Positions 19,179 through 29,042 of a stretch of 64,000 nt of DNA are shown piece by piece (the stretch's first letter is position 1; the number at the start of each line of letters is the position of its first letter). The DNA comes from Truepera sp. (GTDB taxonomy: Bacteria; Deinococcota; Deinococci; Deinococcales; Trueperaceae): contig CBDCKW010000009.1 of assembly GCA_965218435.1 (NCBI GenBank), forward strand, positions 3,552,001-3,616,000, given 5' to 3'. A program made the translations under genes and the position numbers. The notes beneath the pieces were generated by a model. That model made no database searches. It worked only from the letters and a program-made list of their open reading frames with translations, and was not told the origin of the DNA.

Positions 19179-19505
19179 ATGAGCGTTCCGCTCAGGCGTT
19201 CGGACCGCGCCGCGCCCGCTCAGCCGCCTAAACAGCGTCGTTGGGGGAGCCTTTTTTTTGCGGTACTCGCGGGCGTCGGAAGCCTTCACGCGCTGCTGAT
19301 GCTCGGTGTTGAAGGGGGACGCTACCTCTATACAGCGCGTGAAGTCACGCGTTTAGAGGCTGAGATCGGTGACCTCGAGGCGGAGACGCACACCCTACAG
19401 GCTGTGGTCAACCACAAAAATGACCTGGCGTTTCGCGAACAGCTCGCCCGCGAACAGGGTTTTATCGGTCCCGATGAAACGCGTATTTTAACTCGGACGC
19501 CTTAA
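19179..19505 (+). CDS. Septum formation initiator (FtsB/DivIC-like)
   Basis: TM, coiled coil, REQLAREQGFIGPDE. Confidence 0.8.
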   Translation: MSVPLRRSDRAAPAQPPKQRRWGSLFFAVLAGVGSLHALLMLGVEGGRYLYTAREVTRLEAEIGDLEAETHTLQAVVNHKNDLAFREQLAREQGFIGPDETRILTRTP

Positions 19506-19561
19506 CCGAAGCTCAGCCTTAATCTCTCTACGACGACCCCAAACTCGGTATGCTTGAGGCT

Positions 19562-19639
19562 ATGAAGCAGTTTTACAGGTTTTACGGAGCATATACCGGT
19601 TTAGAACGGCTCGAGGCTTACAAGCTGGTCGGCCTGTGA
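19562..19639 (+). CDS. Putative leaderless 25-aa upstream ORF (MKQFYRFYGAYTGLERLEAYKLVGL)
   Basis: TATGCT-7nt-ATG; stop overlaps next GTG start (GTGA). Confidence 0.45.
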   Translation: MKQFYRFYGAYTGLERLEAYKLVGL

Positions 19640-21231
19640 GCAACCCCGCAGACAGCAACAAGTCCAGACCTGACGACACGCTCGCCTGGATGAACGAACT
19701 GACCGCCGAGATGGAAGAGCGCCGTAAAACGGTCTACCGGGGCGGCGGCGAAGCGCGGCAGCAAAAACAGCGCGACGCGGGCAAATTGACGGCGCGAGAG
19801 CGTATCGCCGCCCTGTTAGATGAGGACAGCTTTGTCGAACTCGGCGTCTTTACCGAACACGCCGGGGTTGAAATGATGCGCGGTATAGACGCGCCGGGTG
19901 AAGGTGTCGTCACGGGCTACGGGACCGTCTCGGGCCGGACGGTTTTTGTGTTTAGCCAAGACTTTACCGTGCTGGGCGGGTCGCTGGGCAAGATGCACGC
20001 GCAAAAAATTGCTAAAGTGATGGACTTGGCGGTCAAAACGGGTGCGCCGATTGTCGGCTTAAATGATTCGGCGGGTGCGCGGATTCAAGAGGGCGTGGAT
20101 TCGCTTTCCGGTTACGGCGAGGTCTTTTACCGGAATGCGGTCTATTCGGGCGTGGTACCGCAACTTAGTGCCATCTTAGGGCCGTGCGCCGGGGGCGCAG
20201 TCTACAGCCCTGCGCTCACCGATTTTGTGCTGATGAGCCGGGGCAGCTCATACATGTTCATCACCGGCCCCGAGGTCATCAAATCGGTGACGAAAGAAAA
20301 CGTCACCTTTGAACAGCTCGGCGGCGCGGACGTCCATACCCGCAAATCGGGCGTGGCGCACTTTGAAGCGGACGGCGATGAAGCTGTGCTGGAAACCGTG
20401 CGCGAGCTGCTTTCGTACCTGCCGCAATCGGCGAAAGAGCAGCCGCCCACCAAACCGACCCAAGACTCCGACACACGAGAAACGCCCGAACTCTTAAACA
20501 TCGTTCACCCTGACCAGCGCCGCCCGTACCCGATGGTAGACGTGATTAAAGCGGTAGTAGATGATGGAGGGTGGCTCGAGGTTCAACCCGGGTTTGCCAA
20601 AAATATCTTGTGCGGCTTTGCGCGTCTGGGCGGTCAGTCGGTCGGCATCGTGGCTAACAACCCGCGCCACATGGCCGGAACCCTGAACATTGACGCGTCG
20701 GACAAAGCCGCAAGATTCATCCGCACCTGCGACTGCTACAACGTCCCCGTCGTAACGTTTGTAGATGTGACCGGCTTTTTGCCGGGTGTCGCGCAAGAGC
20801 ACGCCGGGATCATCCGGCACGGCGCAAAGATGCTCTACGCGTACGCTGAAGCGACGGTCCCGAAAATTACGCTGATCGTCCGTAAAAGCTACGGCGGCGC
20901 GTACCTTGCGATGAACTCGCGCGATATGGGCGCAGATGTGGTGTTGGCGTGGCCGACGGCGGCAGTGGCCGTGATGGGCGCGGAGGGTGCAGCGAACATC
21001 ATCTATCGCCGTGAAATTCAAGCGTCGCAAAACCCGGAGAGCACGCGGGCGGCCAAAATTGCTGAGTACAAAGAGCAGTTTGATAATCCGTACTGGGCGG
21101 CGGGGCGCGGCTATATTGACGATGTGATCGACCCCAAGGGGACGCGGCAACAGCTGATTCGGCACCTGCGGATGCTACGGGAGAAGGTTGAGGCGCGGCC
21201 GTTTAAGAAGCATGGGAATATGCCGCTGTGA
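19636..21231 (+). CDS. pccB: Acyl-CoA (propionyl-CoA-type) carboxylase carboxyltransferase beta
   Basis: GKLTARER, QDFTVLGGSLG, GARIQEG, GPCAGGAVYSP, KKHGNMPL. Confidence 0.9.
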   Translation: MSNPADSNKSRPDDTLAWMNELTAEMEERRKTVYRGGGEARQQKQRDAGKLTARERIAALLDEDSFVELGVFTEHAGVEMMRGIDAPGEGVVTGYGTVSGRTVFVFSQDFTVLGGSLGKMHAQKIAKVMDLAVKTGAPIVGLNDSAGARIQEGVDSLSGYGEVFYRNAVYSGVVPQLSAILGPCAGGAVYSPALTDFVLMSRGSSYMFITGPEVIKSVTKENVTFEQLGGADVHTRKSGVAHFEADGDEAVLETVRELLSYLPQSAKEQPPTKPTQDSDTRETPELLNIVHPDQRRPYPMVDVIKAVVDDGGWLEVQPGFAKNILCGFARLGGQSVGIVANNPRHMAGTLNIDASDKAARFIRTCDCYNVPVVTFVDVTGFLPGVAQEHAGIIRHGAKMLYAYAEATVPKITLIVRKSYGGAYLAMNSRDMGADVVLAWPTAAVAVMGAEGAANIIYRREIQASQNPESTRAAKIAEYKEQFDNPYWAAGRGYIDDVIDPKGTRQQLIRHLRMLREKVEARPFKKHGNMPL

Positions 21232-21806
21232 ATGATGACCGCTGGCTCGAGCGGTGGTTTCCTCTCCTCGATTCTAAAGACGAAATCTTAGAGTTGGGCT
21301 GTGGTTCAGGGCGGGATACCAAATATCTTGCCGACCAAGGGTTCACGGTTACGGCAACCGATGTAAGCGAAGAAGCACTCGAGGCGTGTGCGAGAGCGGT
21401 TTCTGAAGCAACATGCCTACAGGTGGATATCGAACAACCCTTACCTTTTGCTGACGAAAGTTATCCGCTCATCGTTGCGAGTTTATGTCTCCACTATTTT
21501 TCTTGGCAGCAGACGGTAGCGATAGTTAGTGAGATAAGGCGGTGCCTCGAGCAAAACGGACGCCTCTTTGCACGCTTCAACTCCACCAACGACGTACATT
21601 TTGGAGCTGTAGGATTTAGGGAAATTGAGCCTAACTTTTACTTCGTCAAAGGCAAAAGCAAACGCTTTTTTGACCGTGAGGCGTTGTGTGAGCTTTTCTC
21701 GAAAGGTTGGAAAATCGAAAGCCTCGAGGAGATGACCATTGCCAGGTATGACAAGCCCAAAGTGGTGTGGGAAGTTGTCGTGCACAGGCGAGCTAATCTG
21801 CCTTGA
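21228..21806 (+). CDS. Class I SAM-dependent methyltransferase
   Basis: ILELGCGSG, ASLCLHYF. Confidence 0.88.
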   Translation: MNDDRWLERWFPLLDSKDEILELGCGSGRDTKYLADQGFTVTATDVSEEALEACARAVSEATCLQVDIEQPLPFADESYPLIVASLCLHYFSWQQTVAIVSEIRRCLEQNGRLFARFNSTNDVHFGAVGFREIEPNFYFVKGKSKRFFDREALCELFSKGWKIESLEEMTIARYDKPKVVWEVVVHRRANLP

Positions 21807-21838
21807 ACGGTACCGTTCCAGATTCAAAATCAACTGGT

Positions 21839-21857
21839 AAAAGCAGGCTCGAGACTC
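21839..21857 (+). repeat. Left copy of direct repeat AAAAGCAGGCTCGAG(A/T)CTC
   Basis: 18/19 identity with 23716-23734. Confidence 0.8.
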
Positions 21858-21885
21858 ACGTTCGGATGAGTCAGCTTAGGAGGTC

Positions 21886-22617
21886 ATGGTGGCGCAATCA
21901 CTAGGGGGCAAGGTCGTTCTAATCACGGGCGCGAGTTCGGGAATCGGTGCAGCGACAGCTCGAGCACTCGCCAAACTAGGCTGCAAGCTGGCTCTAGCAG
22001 CGAGGCGGGCGGATAGGTTAGAAACGCTTGCCTCGAGCCTCCCTACAGAAACCCTCTGCCTCAAGACGGACGTGACCAATGCCGAAGATATAACGAGAAT
22101 GGTCGAGCGGACGGTAGCGCACTTCGGACGTATTGACGTGCTCTTTGCCAATGCGGGCCTTTATATTCCTGGCGAGGCTGCCGAGGGGGACCCGGACGCC
22201 TGGGCGCAACTTATGGATGTGAACGTTAGCGGCGTACTGCGGAGCGTCCGCGCGGTACTCCCTCACATGATGGCGCAGAAGTCCGGCGATATTCTCGTCA
22301 CCAGCAGCATCTCGGGTTTTGTTGACATTCACTGGGAACCCGTCTACAGCGCCTCTAAACATGCCGTACAGAGCTTTGTTCACACGCTGCGCCGTCAGGT
22401 TGCGCCGCACAATATCCGCGTGGGCGCGGTGGCACCGGGGATGGTCGCCAACGAGCTCTGGGGGTTTGAAGACCAGGCTAAAATTGACGCGAAGGTCAAA
22501 GAACACGCCAGCCTAACTTCGGAAGATGTAGCGGAGGCAGTGGTGTTTATGCTCAGCCGCCCGCCGCACGTGACGATTCGTGACCTTGTGTTGGTGCCGC
22601 AGCAGCAGGACATATGA
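21886..22617 (+). CDS. SDR oxidoreductase (ribitol dehydrogenase-like)
   Basis: TGASSGIG, ANAG, WEPVYSASK. Confidence 0.9.
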   Translation: MVAQSLGGKVVLITGASSGIGAATARALAKLGCKLALAARRADRLETLASSLPTETLCLKTDVTNAEDITRMVERTVAHFGRIDVLFANAGLYIPGEAAEGDPDAWAQLMDVNVSGVLRSVRAVLPHMMAQKSGDILVTSSISGFVDIHWEPVYSASKHAVQSFVHTLRRQVAPHNIRVGAVAPGMVANELWGFEDQAKIDAKVKEHASLTSEDVAEAVVFMLSRPPHVTIRDLVLVPQQQDI

Positions 22618-22623
22618 TGAACA

Positions 22624-23715
22624 ATGAAGGTGAGAAATATGCCTTTTAGCACTGATACCTACCGTATTCTTATTGCCTCGCCGTCTGATTTAGCAGAAGA
22701 GAGGCAAATAGCTACGGAGGCAATAAACGATTGGAACGCTCAGCACGCGGTTGCCGAGTCAATCATGCTATTGCCTATCAAATGGGAGACGCACGCTGTT
22801 CCACAGTCAGGAGCTAGACCACAAGACGCCATTAACTGTCAGTTAGTACAAGAATGTGACATTTTGATAGGCATGTTTTGGACAAAAATTGGTACAAACA
22901 CAGGTGTCAGTGAGTCGGGAACCGTAGAAGAAATTGACCAATTTGTAGAAGCGGGAAAGCCCACTCTACTTTACTTTTCTAGTCGCCCAATAAATCCGGA
23001 CAAAATAGATATGAAGCAGCATAGGAGGCTCAGAAAGTTTAGAGATGAAACCTACGCGAAAGCGTTAGTGGGCAGCTTTGACAGCCTGGAGAAACTAAAA
23101 AATACGTTAATCCGTGACCTGTTACGTCAAGTACGGGAATTGAAGGCAGAGAAACCGCGTAGCCAAGATGTTGAACTTGACCAAGCGTTTAAGCTCACTG
23201 AACTTATTAGAACACACCGACAGAATAACATCACACCTGAAGATTTTCAAAAGTATCGTGATAATGTTCTTGGGCTCAAGCGCCGCTCTGACTCCGTGAC
23301 ATCAGACCCCGTGCAACCAGGAGAAGTTGGCCCAAATGGTTACAGAGTTGGCTATACACAAGAGGGCGACAAGGTTGAGTGGATACCTGATGATGAAAAT
23401 CCTGGCGAAGAATGGCCGCTTGTGCTACGACGTAGTGACCGAGCAATTATGGACGCTCACAACGAGTTTTGGGATAAAGTGTGGTGGAATCGTCATCAGA
23501 ACTGGCTCTATCAATTAGAAGCTGGCGAAGATGTTCTTACAGAAGAGCAAAAGCCTATCTTAGAACGAGCTAGAAGTGCTGCCAAGCTTATCGAGCAAAA
23601 GTATGGTGAGGAGAACCTTGGCTGGGATGATTTCGAGTGGGGGCTTTTGAGTGGGAAGCTTTCGGCGCTTGCTTGGATAACTGGAGCTGAATGGGAAGAA
23701 TCATTAGACACATAA
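22624..23715 (+). CDS. DUF4062-like (TIR/SLOG-like) domain protein with Trp-rich C-terminal module
   Basis: [34 protein letters not shown]; lower GC than flanks. Confidence 0.75.
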   Translation: MKVRNMPFSTDTYRILIASPSDLAEERQIATEAINDWNAQHAVAESIMLLPIKWETHAVPQSGARPQDAINCQLVQECDILIGMFWTKIGTNTGVSESGTVEEIDQFVEAGKPTLLYFSSRPINPDKIDMKQHRRLRKFRDETYAKALVGSFDSLEKLKNTLIRDLLRQVRELKAEKPRSQDVELDQAFKLTELIRTHRQNNITPEDFQKYRDNVLGLKRRSDSVTSDPVQPGEVGPNGYRVGYTQEGDKVEWIPDDENPGEEWPLVLRRSDRAIMDAHNEFWDKVWWNRHQNWLYQLEAGEDVLTEEQKPILERARSAAKLIEQKYGEENLGWDDFEWGLLSGKLSALAWITGAEWEESLDT

Positions 23716-23745
23716 AAAAGCAGGCTCGAGTCTCCTCAAGCCTGC
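23714..23745 (-). terminator. Terminator of the cysQ-sat-cysC operon; contains right direct-repeat copy
   Basis: Minus strand GCAGGCTTGAG-GAGA-CTCGAGCCTGC-TTTTTT. Confidence 0.8.
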
Positions 23746-23765
23746 CCAAAAATCTGCTGGAATCT

Positions 23766-24398
23766 CTACGCTTTAACTTTTAAGTACCCGCGTTCGGCCA
23801 ACTCTTCCATAATCTGCACGACACTCTCTTCAATGCTGTTCTGGTCGGTGCGGAGCGTAATTTCGGGTTGGTCGGGCGCTTCGTAAGGGTCGTCAATGCC
23901 GGTAAAGTGTTTGATTTCGCCCGCTCGAGCCTTTTTGTATAAGCCTTTGGGGTCGCGGTCTTCGCACACATCGAGCGGCGTATCCACAAACACTTCGATA
24001 AATTCGCCGTCGTCTACCAACTCGCGCACTTGCTCGCGGTCGCGGCGGTACGGCGAGATAAACGCGGTCAGCACGATGGTGCCGCCGTCAACGAAAAGTT
24101 TGGCGACCTCTCCGATACGGCGGATGTTCTCTTCGCGGTCATCGGCGCTAAAGCCCAGATTTTTGTTGAGGCCGTGCCGCACATTGTCGCCGTCGAGCAA
24201 GTAGGTGTGGTAGCCACGGGCGTAGAGGGCCTGCTCGAGCGCGTTCGCTACCGTGGATTTGCCCGCGCCTGAAAGCCCGGTAAACCACAAGATGCAGGGG
24301 CGCTGGTGCTTGAGCGATCCACGCTCTTCTTTCGAGAGCGTTTGGCTGTGCCAGACGATGTTCTCGGCTTTAATGCTGTCAGCTTTAACTTGCGACAT
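23766..24398 (-). CDS. cysC: Adenylyl-sulfate kinase
   Basis: [38 protein letters not shown]. Confidence 0.97.
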   Translation of the reverse strand: MSQVKADSIKAENIVWHSQTLSKEERGSLKHQRPCILWFTGLSGAGKSTVANALEQALYARGYHTYLLDGDNVRHGLNKNLGFSADDREENIRRIGEVAKLFVDGGTIVLTAFISPYRRDREQVRELVDDGEFIEVFVDTPLDVCEDRDPKGLYKKARAGEIKHFTGIDDPYEAPDQPEITLRTDQNSIEESVVQIMEELAERGYLKVKA

Positions 24399-24399
24399 C

Positions 24400-25575
24400 T
24401 TACACGGTCTCTTTCTCGGCGTTGCGGTACGACTGAATCAGCACCTCGGCAACTTCAGGGCGCGAAAACTCGGGGGGCGGCAGCTGACCTTGTGAGAGCA
24501 TCGCGCGGACCTTGGTGCCGGAGAGTTGGATGCGCTCTTCAGGCGTAGAGGAGGTCGTTTTCGGCGTCGCCATCTGCTCGGTGCGGAGGCAGTAAAAGGC
24601 GTGCTCGAACTTCATTGGGGTAATCAGCAGGTCACCGTCGTTTAGCTCGTCAAAGATGTCTTGTGCGTCGTAAGTCCCGTAGTAATCGCCGACACCCGCA
24701 TGGTCGCGCCCGACGATGAGGTGCGTACAACCGTAATTCTGGCGCGAAATCGCGTGCAAAATCGCTTCGCGGGGGCCGCCGTACCGCATCGCAGCGGGGT
24801 AGACGCCCAAAATCACCTTATCTTGGTTGTAGTAGCGTTCGATCAAGATGGTGTAGCACTGCATCCGCACCGACGCGGGGATGTCGTCGGATTTGGTCGT
24901 ACCGACGAGCGGGTTGATAAACAGGCCGTCAACGGTCTCGAGCGCGATCTTGGTGATGTATTCGTGTGCCCGGTGAATGGGGTTACGCGTCTGAAACGCA
25001 ACGATCGTACCCCAGCCTTTTTCTTGGAATTTGGCCCTGGTTTCTTTTGGGTAAAACTTGTCGTTGTCAAACTCGCCTTTGGGCAACTCACTAATGAGTG
25101 AAATCGGCCCACCCAAGTAGACGCTGCCCGCGCCCAGCATCGCCGCGACGCCGGGGTGCTTGCTGTCGCCCGTCCGGTAGACCTGCTGCGCTTCGTGGGT
25201 CTGGTCGGGGCGGTACACGTCGGTCACGGTCATGACCGCGAGGACGTTGCCGCCGGTCGTCAGGGCGATGTCTTGGCCGACCGGGTACTGTGCGGCAACG
25301 TCTTCTTTGACCTGCAAAGTGATTGGGATGCTCCAGACTGTCCCGTTAGAGAGGCGCATATCGTTGACGACGCTTTGATAATCTGCTTCACTGACGAAGC
25401 CTTCTAACGGGCTGTAGATGCCGTAAGCGAGGCACTCGAGGTCAGCCAAGTTGCGCTCGGACAATGTAAGTTTGGGCAGGTCTTGCGCACGTTTTACGGC
25501 GTCGTCACGGTCTTGACCGGTCAAGACGCGGTCAACGAGGGTGCCGCCGTGCGGGGCGATGAGGGGTTTAGACAT
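24400..25575 (-). CDS. sat: Sulfate adenylyltransferase
   Basis: [34 protein letters not shown]. Confidence 0.97.
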   Translation of the reverse strand: MSKPLIAPHGGTLVDRVLTGQDRDDAVKRAQDLPKLTLSERNLADLECLAYGIYSPLEGFVSEADYQSVVNDMRLSNGTVWSIPITLQVKEDVAAQYPVGQDIALTTGGNVLAVMTVTDVYRPDQTHEAQQVYRTGDSKHPGVAAMLGAGSVYLGGPISLISELPKGEFDNDKFYPKETRAKFQEKGWGTIVAFQTRNPIHRAHEYITKIALETVDGLFINPLVGTTKSDDIPASVRMQCYTILIERYYNQDKVILGVYPAAMRYGGPREAILHAISRQNYGCTHLIVGRDHAGVGDYYGTYDAQDIFDELNDGDLLITPMKFEHAFYCLRTEQMATPKTTSSTPEERIQLSGTKVRAMLSQGQLPPPEFSRPEVAEVLIQSYRNAEKETV

Positions 25576-25650
25576 AAGAACTCCTTATGAGATGACGGGT
25601 TATAAAAGCGAACAGCTTAGGGCAGGGTTGCCCAGTTAGCTATAGCCTAC

Positions 25651-26478
25651 CTAGTTAGTAGCGTTTAAGTCCACTTCAGAAGCTTTTGCAAAAAGCGCGT
25701 CGCTCTTGGTCACGATAAAGTGCGGGTTTAAGAGATTTTCTTTGTTGTAGCGGAGCGGCCCGCCGCCGGGTTCGCGGACGCTCGCCCCGGCTTGTTCGGC
25801 GACGCACTGCGCGGCGGCGGTGTCCCACTCCATCGTCGGGCCAAAACGCGGGTAGAGGTGGGCCTGACCGTCGGCGACCAGGCAGAGTTTTAAGGAGGAC
25901 CCGCTCGAGACCAGGTTCACTTTTGTAGTTTGCTCGAGTTCTTTGACCAAGGTTTCAGTCGCGGCCCCGGCGTGCGACCGGCTCGCTACTAAGTTGAGCG
26001 GGCCGCTGTTCGTGGTGTAGTCGTGCGCTTCGATGCGGGTGTCGGTATTTTCACCCTTAAACGCGCCCAGACCCGCCGCCGCCCAATAGGTCAGTTCTAG
26101 GGCCGGGGCGTAAACGACGCCGAAGACCGGCACACCGTCTTCAATGAGCGCGATGTTGACGGTAAACTCGCCGTTACGTTTGATAAACTCTTTGGTGCCG
26201 TCTAACGGGTCAACGAGCCAGAACTGCGTCCAGTCTTTGCGCTCGGCAAAGGGCAGATGCTTCGACTCTTCGGATAACACCGGGATGTCCGGGGTCAGTT
26301 TGTGCAGCTGCTCTAAAATCACCCGGTTTGAGGCGAGGTCGGCTTTGGTCAGGGGTGAATCGTCGGCTTTGGTTTCGACGCCGAAGTCTCCACTTTCGTA
26401 AACCTGCATAATGGCGTCTCCGGCAGCTTTAGCCGTGGCGATAAGCTCGGGCGCGAGCGCCTCTAGGTTGATAGACAT
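25651..26478 (-). CDS. cysQ: 3'(2'),5'-bisphosphate nucleotidase
   Basis: KADDSPLTKAD, WLVDPLDGTKEF, SRSH, GSSLK, EWDTAA. Confidence 0.95.
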   Translation of the reverse strand: MSINLEALAPELIATAKAAGDAIMQVYESGDFGVETKADDSPLTKADLASNRVILEQLHKLTPDIPVLSEESKHLPFAERKDWTQFWLVDPLDGTKEFIKRNGEFTVNIALIEDGVPVFGVVYAPALELTYWAAAGLGAFKGENTDTRIEAHDYTTNSGPLNLVASRSHAGAATETLVKELEQTTKVNLVSSGSSLKLCLVADGQAHLYPRFGPTMEWDTAAAQCVAEQAGASVREPGGGPLRYNKENLLNPHFIVTKSDALFAKASEVDLNATN

Positions 26479-26548
26479 AAAAACTCCTCAGTGGGACTAT
26501 TGGCGGGGCTACTAAGAGAAGACCCCAAAACTTTTACATCATAACGTG

Positions 26549-27769
26549 TTAGCGGCGAGCTTCTTTGTACGTTTGCTCGAGCACCCCGATCAGCTCGGCA
26601 GCGAGGCCGTCTCTGGAAAAGCGGTCTTCGGCCAGTTGACGCGCCTGCCGACCCGCGCTTTTCAGCCACGCCTCGTCACGTAACGCCCTCAGCAGCGTAT
26701 CTTTCGCCTTATCCATGTCGTGCGGGTCAAGTACCAAACCGGCCCCGGTTTCGCGTAAAATATCGGCCTGCCAGCCGCCGTAATTGATCAGTACCGGCCT
26801 TCCGGCAGCGAGCCCGTCGAAAAACTTGTTCGCCGAATTGACCCACATCTCTTTCAGGTCAATAAATAACGACGAGGCGAACGTTGCTGCCGAGAGCACT
26901 GCCGGAACCTGCTTTTTGGGAATCGGCCCCGGCATAAAGAGCGTTTCATCAAAAACGCCGAGTTCCTGAGCGCGAGCTTTAAGATTGTTGTAATCATACC
27001 CGCCGCCGTAAACCGCGAAGCGCACGTCAGGCGCTTCGGCGCGGACCTTGGCGGCGAGGTCGGCCATATACGGCACGCCGTTAATCTGGCCCATCGTACC
27101 GACGTAGACGATAAACGGCCGGTCGCCCAGCCACGCGTGCTCAGCCCGGTACGCGTCACCCGCCGACTTCGGCACGTCAAAAAGGGCTAAGTCACAGCTG
27201 TTGGGGATGACGTGAACGCGTTCCGCCGGATAGCCGGTGTTGACGATACCCTCTTTCATTCCCGGTGAGAGGGCGATCACCTGCGCGGCGTTGCGGTAGG
27301 CAAAACGCTCGAGCCTTTTGGCGGCGTAGATGGTCGGCTCCCCTTTCAGTGCGCCTATTGCAATCGGGAGTTCCGGCCAGAGGTCGCGGACTTCAAACAC
27401 CATCGGCACACGCCGGCGTCTAGCTGCCCACACTGCCGGGAGCGCAATGGTGAGCGGCGTGCTGCTCGCAAAGATCAGGTCAGTTGGGAGACTCGCCGCC
27501 TTTTGCGCTGCGCCGCGGGCATAGTTAAAAAACGCGCCAATACGGTCGCGGACGCTCATCGTATTCGAGTACGGCACCGGCAACCAATGAACGCGAATGC
27601 CGGCTTCGTCTGAGACACGCCAGCCGCTCCCTGGCGCTGCGTGCCGGTCGGCCGTAATCAGGTTGACCTCGTGCCCGCGTGCTACGAAACGGCGGGCCAT
27701 TTCGTAAGACCTGGTGCTGCCGGGAACCTCGGGCGTGTGAAAATACTGGTGCAAGTAGGTGATCTTCAT
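26549..27769 (-). CDS. GT4 glycosyltransferase (WbuB-like)
   Basis: HQYF, FEVRDLWPE, NSANKFFDGLAAGRPV. Confidence 0.92.
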   Translation of the reverse strand: MKITYLHQYFHTPEVPGSTRSYEMARRFVARGHEVNLITADRHAAPGSGWRVSDEAGIRVHWLPVPYSNTMSVRDRIGAFFNYARGAAQKAASLPTDLIFASSTPLTIALPAVWAARRRRVPMVFEVRDLWPELPIAIGALKGEPTIYAAKRLERFAYRNAAQVIALSPGMKEGIVNTGYPAERVHVIPNSCDLALFDVPKSAGDAYRAEHAWLGDRPFIVYVGTMGQINGVPYMADLAAKVRAEAPDVRFAVYGGGYDYNNLKARAQELGVFDETLFMPGPIPKKQVPAVLSAATFASSLFIDLKEMWVNSANKFFDGLAAGRPVLINYGGWQADILRETGAGLVLDPHDMDKAKDTLLRALRDEAWLKSAGRQARQLAEDRFSRDGLAAELIGVLEQTYKEARR

Positions 27770-27791
27770 AGGCTTATCGTCTCATACGGGC

Positions 27792-29030
27792 TTACTTAGG
27801 CGCTGTACGAGGTGAGCTGCGAGCCGCCTGGAACTTGGCCTCGAGCTTGTCTACCACGCCGCCGATGTCGTACTCGGCCATCACCCGGTCGCGGCCACGC
27901 TGCCCCTGTCTGAGCCGTTCGGGTTCGTTGCGAACAAACAGTGTCAATGCGTCCGCTAAACTGCCGACATCTTCCGGTGGAATCAGCTGCCCGCTTCCCG
28001 CTGTCAGCAGTTCACGAGTACCGCCAACGTCGGTGGCAATCGCCGGGAGTCCCCGCGACATCGCCTCGAGGAGCGCAATCGAGATGCCTTCGTGTAGACT
28101 CGGCAACACAAACGCGTCGTAACGGCCTTCGCTATAGCTGTCTAGTAATTCGGTATGGTCTACGTTCCCTAAAAAGGTTACTTGCTCGGTAATGCCTAAA
28201 ACTTGGGCCTGCGTCACAAGCGCGTCCCTTTCGGGGCCGTTTCCGGCGAAGCTGATCTGAACGTTGATCCCCTGGGTTTGGAGGCGGTGGACGGCCCCCA
28301 ACAAAAACCGCTGGCCTTTACGCGGAATCAGGCTCCCGGTACAAGTTACCCGCAACTGCACACCGGGCGGCGGGGCAGTTTTCTCTAAAGGACGGTTGCT
28401 CAGCGGGACGCCCATCCGGATGATCTCGGCTTTTTGCTCGAGCGCGGGTCCGGCAACCGGACGGGCGAGCTCTAAGCCGTCTTCTGAAATAAAGCGGACG
28501 AAACGGGCGCTGTCAACTTTGGCCGGGAACGCGTTGGGTGTTTCGATGTCCCAGCGGTGCGCCGTAAAACTCCACGGCACGTCGCTCGTCTCGCCTGCGA
28601 CCAGCGCCATCGTCGCCGCGACCGACGCCCAATACGCGTGAATATGTTCAGCTCCCCAGCGACGGGCAAGGTCGGCGAGCCACATTGATTTGGGAAACGA
28701 GCCGAGATTTTTTCGCACCATCCACCGTTCAGGCAGGCCGACCAGGGTTCGGGAAAGCGCCCCTACTGCCCGTATAGGTGAACGGACAAAACCAGTTGGG
28801 GCTGCCTTTAACACGTTTTTTGATAAGAGCGCCTCGTAGTCCGTCAGCTCTAAAAAGGGTTCGGCGTCGCTATGAATCTCTGCGGAGTAACGCGTTACCG
28901 GGACGATCTTGAGGTCGTGACCCCGCCGCACCAGCTCGCGCATTTCCGGAAGGGCGAACACTTCGGTCACGCCGTAGGGTAGCGACGCAGTGACGTAAAT
29001 GATCTTCACCGGTTTGGCCCGGACGAACAC
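27792..29030 (-). CDS. GT4 glycosyltransferase (WcaL-like)
   Basis: HIHAYW, SFTAH, EGISIALLEAM. Confidence 0.9.
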   Translation of the reverse strand: MFVRAKPVKIIYVTASLPYGVTEVFALPEMRELVRRGHDLKIVPVTRYSAEIHSDAEPFLELTDYEALLSKNVLKAAPTGFVRSPIRAVGALSRTLVGLPERWMVRKNLGSFPKSMWLADLARRWGAEHIHAYWASVAATMALVAGETSDVPWSFTAHRWDIETPNAFPAKVDSARFVRFISEDGLELARPVAGPALEQKAEIIRMGVPLSNRPLEKTAPPPGVQLRVTCTGSLIPRKGQRFLLGAVHRLQTQGINVQISFAGNGPERDALVTQAQVLGITEQVTFLGNVDHTELLDSYSEGRYDAFVLPSLHEGISIALLEAMSRGLPAIATDVGGTRELLTAGSGQLIPPEDVGSLADALTLFVRNEPERLRQGQRGRDRVMAEYDIGGVVDKLEAKFQAARSSPRTAPK

Positions 29031-29042
29031 CTGTTCCCACGT

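Noticed and set aside
21228..21806. Methyltransferase as the DNA MTase for CTCGAG
   Set aside because: Too short and lacks DPPY/NPPY or PC motifs; small-molecule class I type
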